Below, piece after piece: positions 7,842 to 8,004 of a stretch of 8,004 nucleotides of DNA (positions are counted from its first letter, which is position 1; each line of letters begins with the position of its first letter). This stretch comes from Octopus sinensis. Taxonomy: Eukaryota. The DNA lies in the NCBI RefSeq assembly GCF_006345805.1, contig NW_021828611.1, positions 1 through 8,004 of the forward strand, given 5' to 3'. The translations under genes and the position numbers were made by a program. The notes below the pieces were generated by a model, which had not been told where the DNA came from, searched no databases, and saw only the letters and a list, made by a program, of their open reading frames with translations.

Positions 7842-8004
7842 ATGGATTAAGTCGATTATATCGACCCCAGTGCGTAACTGGTACTTATTTAATCGACCCC
7901 GAAAGGATGAAAGGCAAAGTCGACCTAGGCAGAATTTGAACACAGAACGTAACGGCAGACGAAATTACCGCTAAGCATTTCGCCCGGCGTGCTAACGTTT
8001 CTGC
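7840..8004 (-). mobile_element. tRNA-derived SINE, family A; 3' tail missing, 5' end runs off the window
   Basis: B box GTTCAAATTC at 7932-7941 (-); A-box region GCAGAAACGTTAGC at 7991-8004 (-); homologous to the copies at 5899-6752 and 6001-6136. Confidence 0.9.

Noticed and set aside
5564-7943. Similar-looking ORFs 5275..5637, 5564..5797, 7534..7821 and 7689..7943 (…INTHNARSGN…)
   Set aside because: The similarity comes from two copies of the same non-coding SINE, with frameshifts between them.
7565-8004. tRNA genes suggested by B-box motifs
   Set aside because: No cloverleaf; the boxes belong to SINE heads.
1-8004. CRISPR array or other prokaryotic system
   Set aside because: No regularly spaced repeat-spacer units or bacterial-type genes; the composition is animal intronic or intergenic DNA.

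Overview
This is non-coding eukaryotic DNA, AT-rich and very dense in microsatellites. It contains several tRNA-derived SINE copies from three families, which I recognise from memory as typical of octopus (coleoid cephalopod) genomes; that assignment is an inference, not a database result. No credible protein-coding gene is present: nearly all ORF-track entries are translations of simple repeats or SINEs. The most structured region is 5883-6769, a triple-nested insertion. A minus-strand SINE with a degenerate 16-bp target-site duplication (TSD) carries two inserts. The first is an antisense, 5'-truncated copy of its own family, creating a 61-bp fold-back hairpin. The second is a 522-bp non-autonomous DNA transposon (MITE) with 72-bp terminal inverted repeats (TIRs) and a 9-bp TSD, which is Mutator-like. 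Each TIR carries CSL/Su(H), ETS-like, octamer (histone H2B-box) and CCAAT motifs. I see no prokaryote-type system such as CRISPR or an operon.
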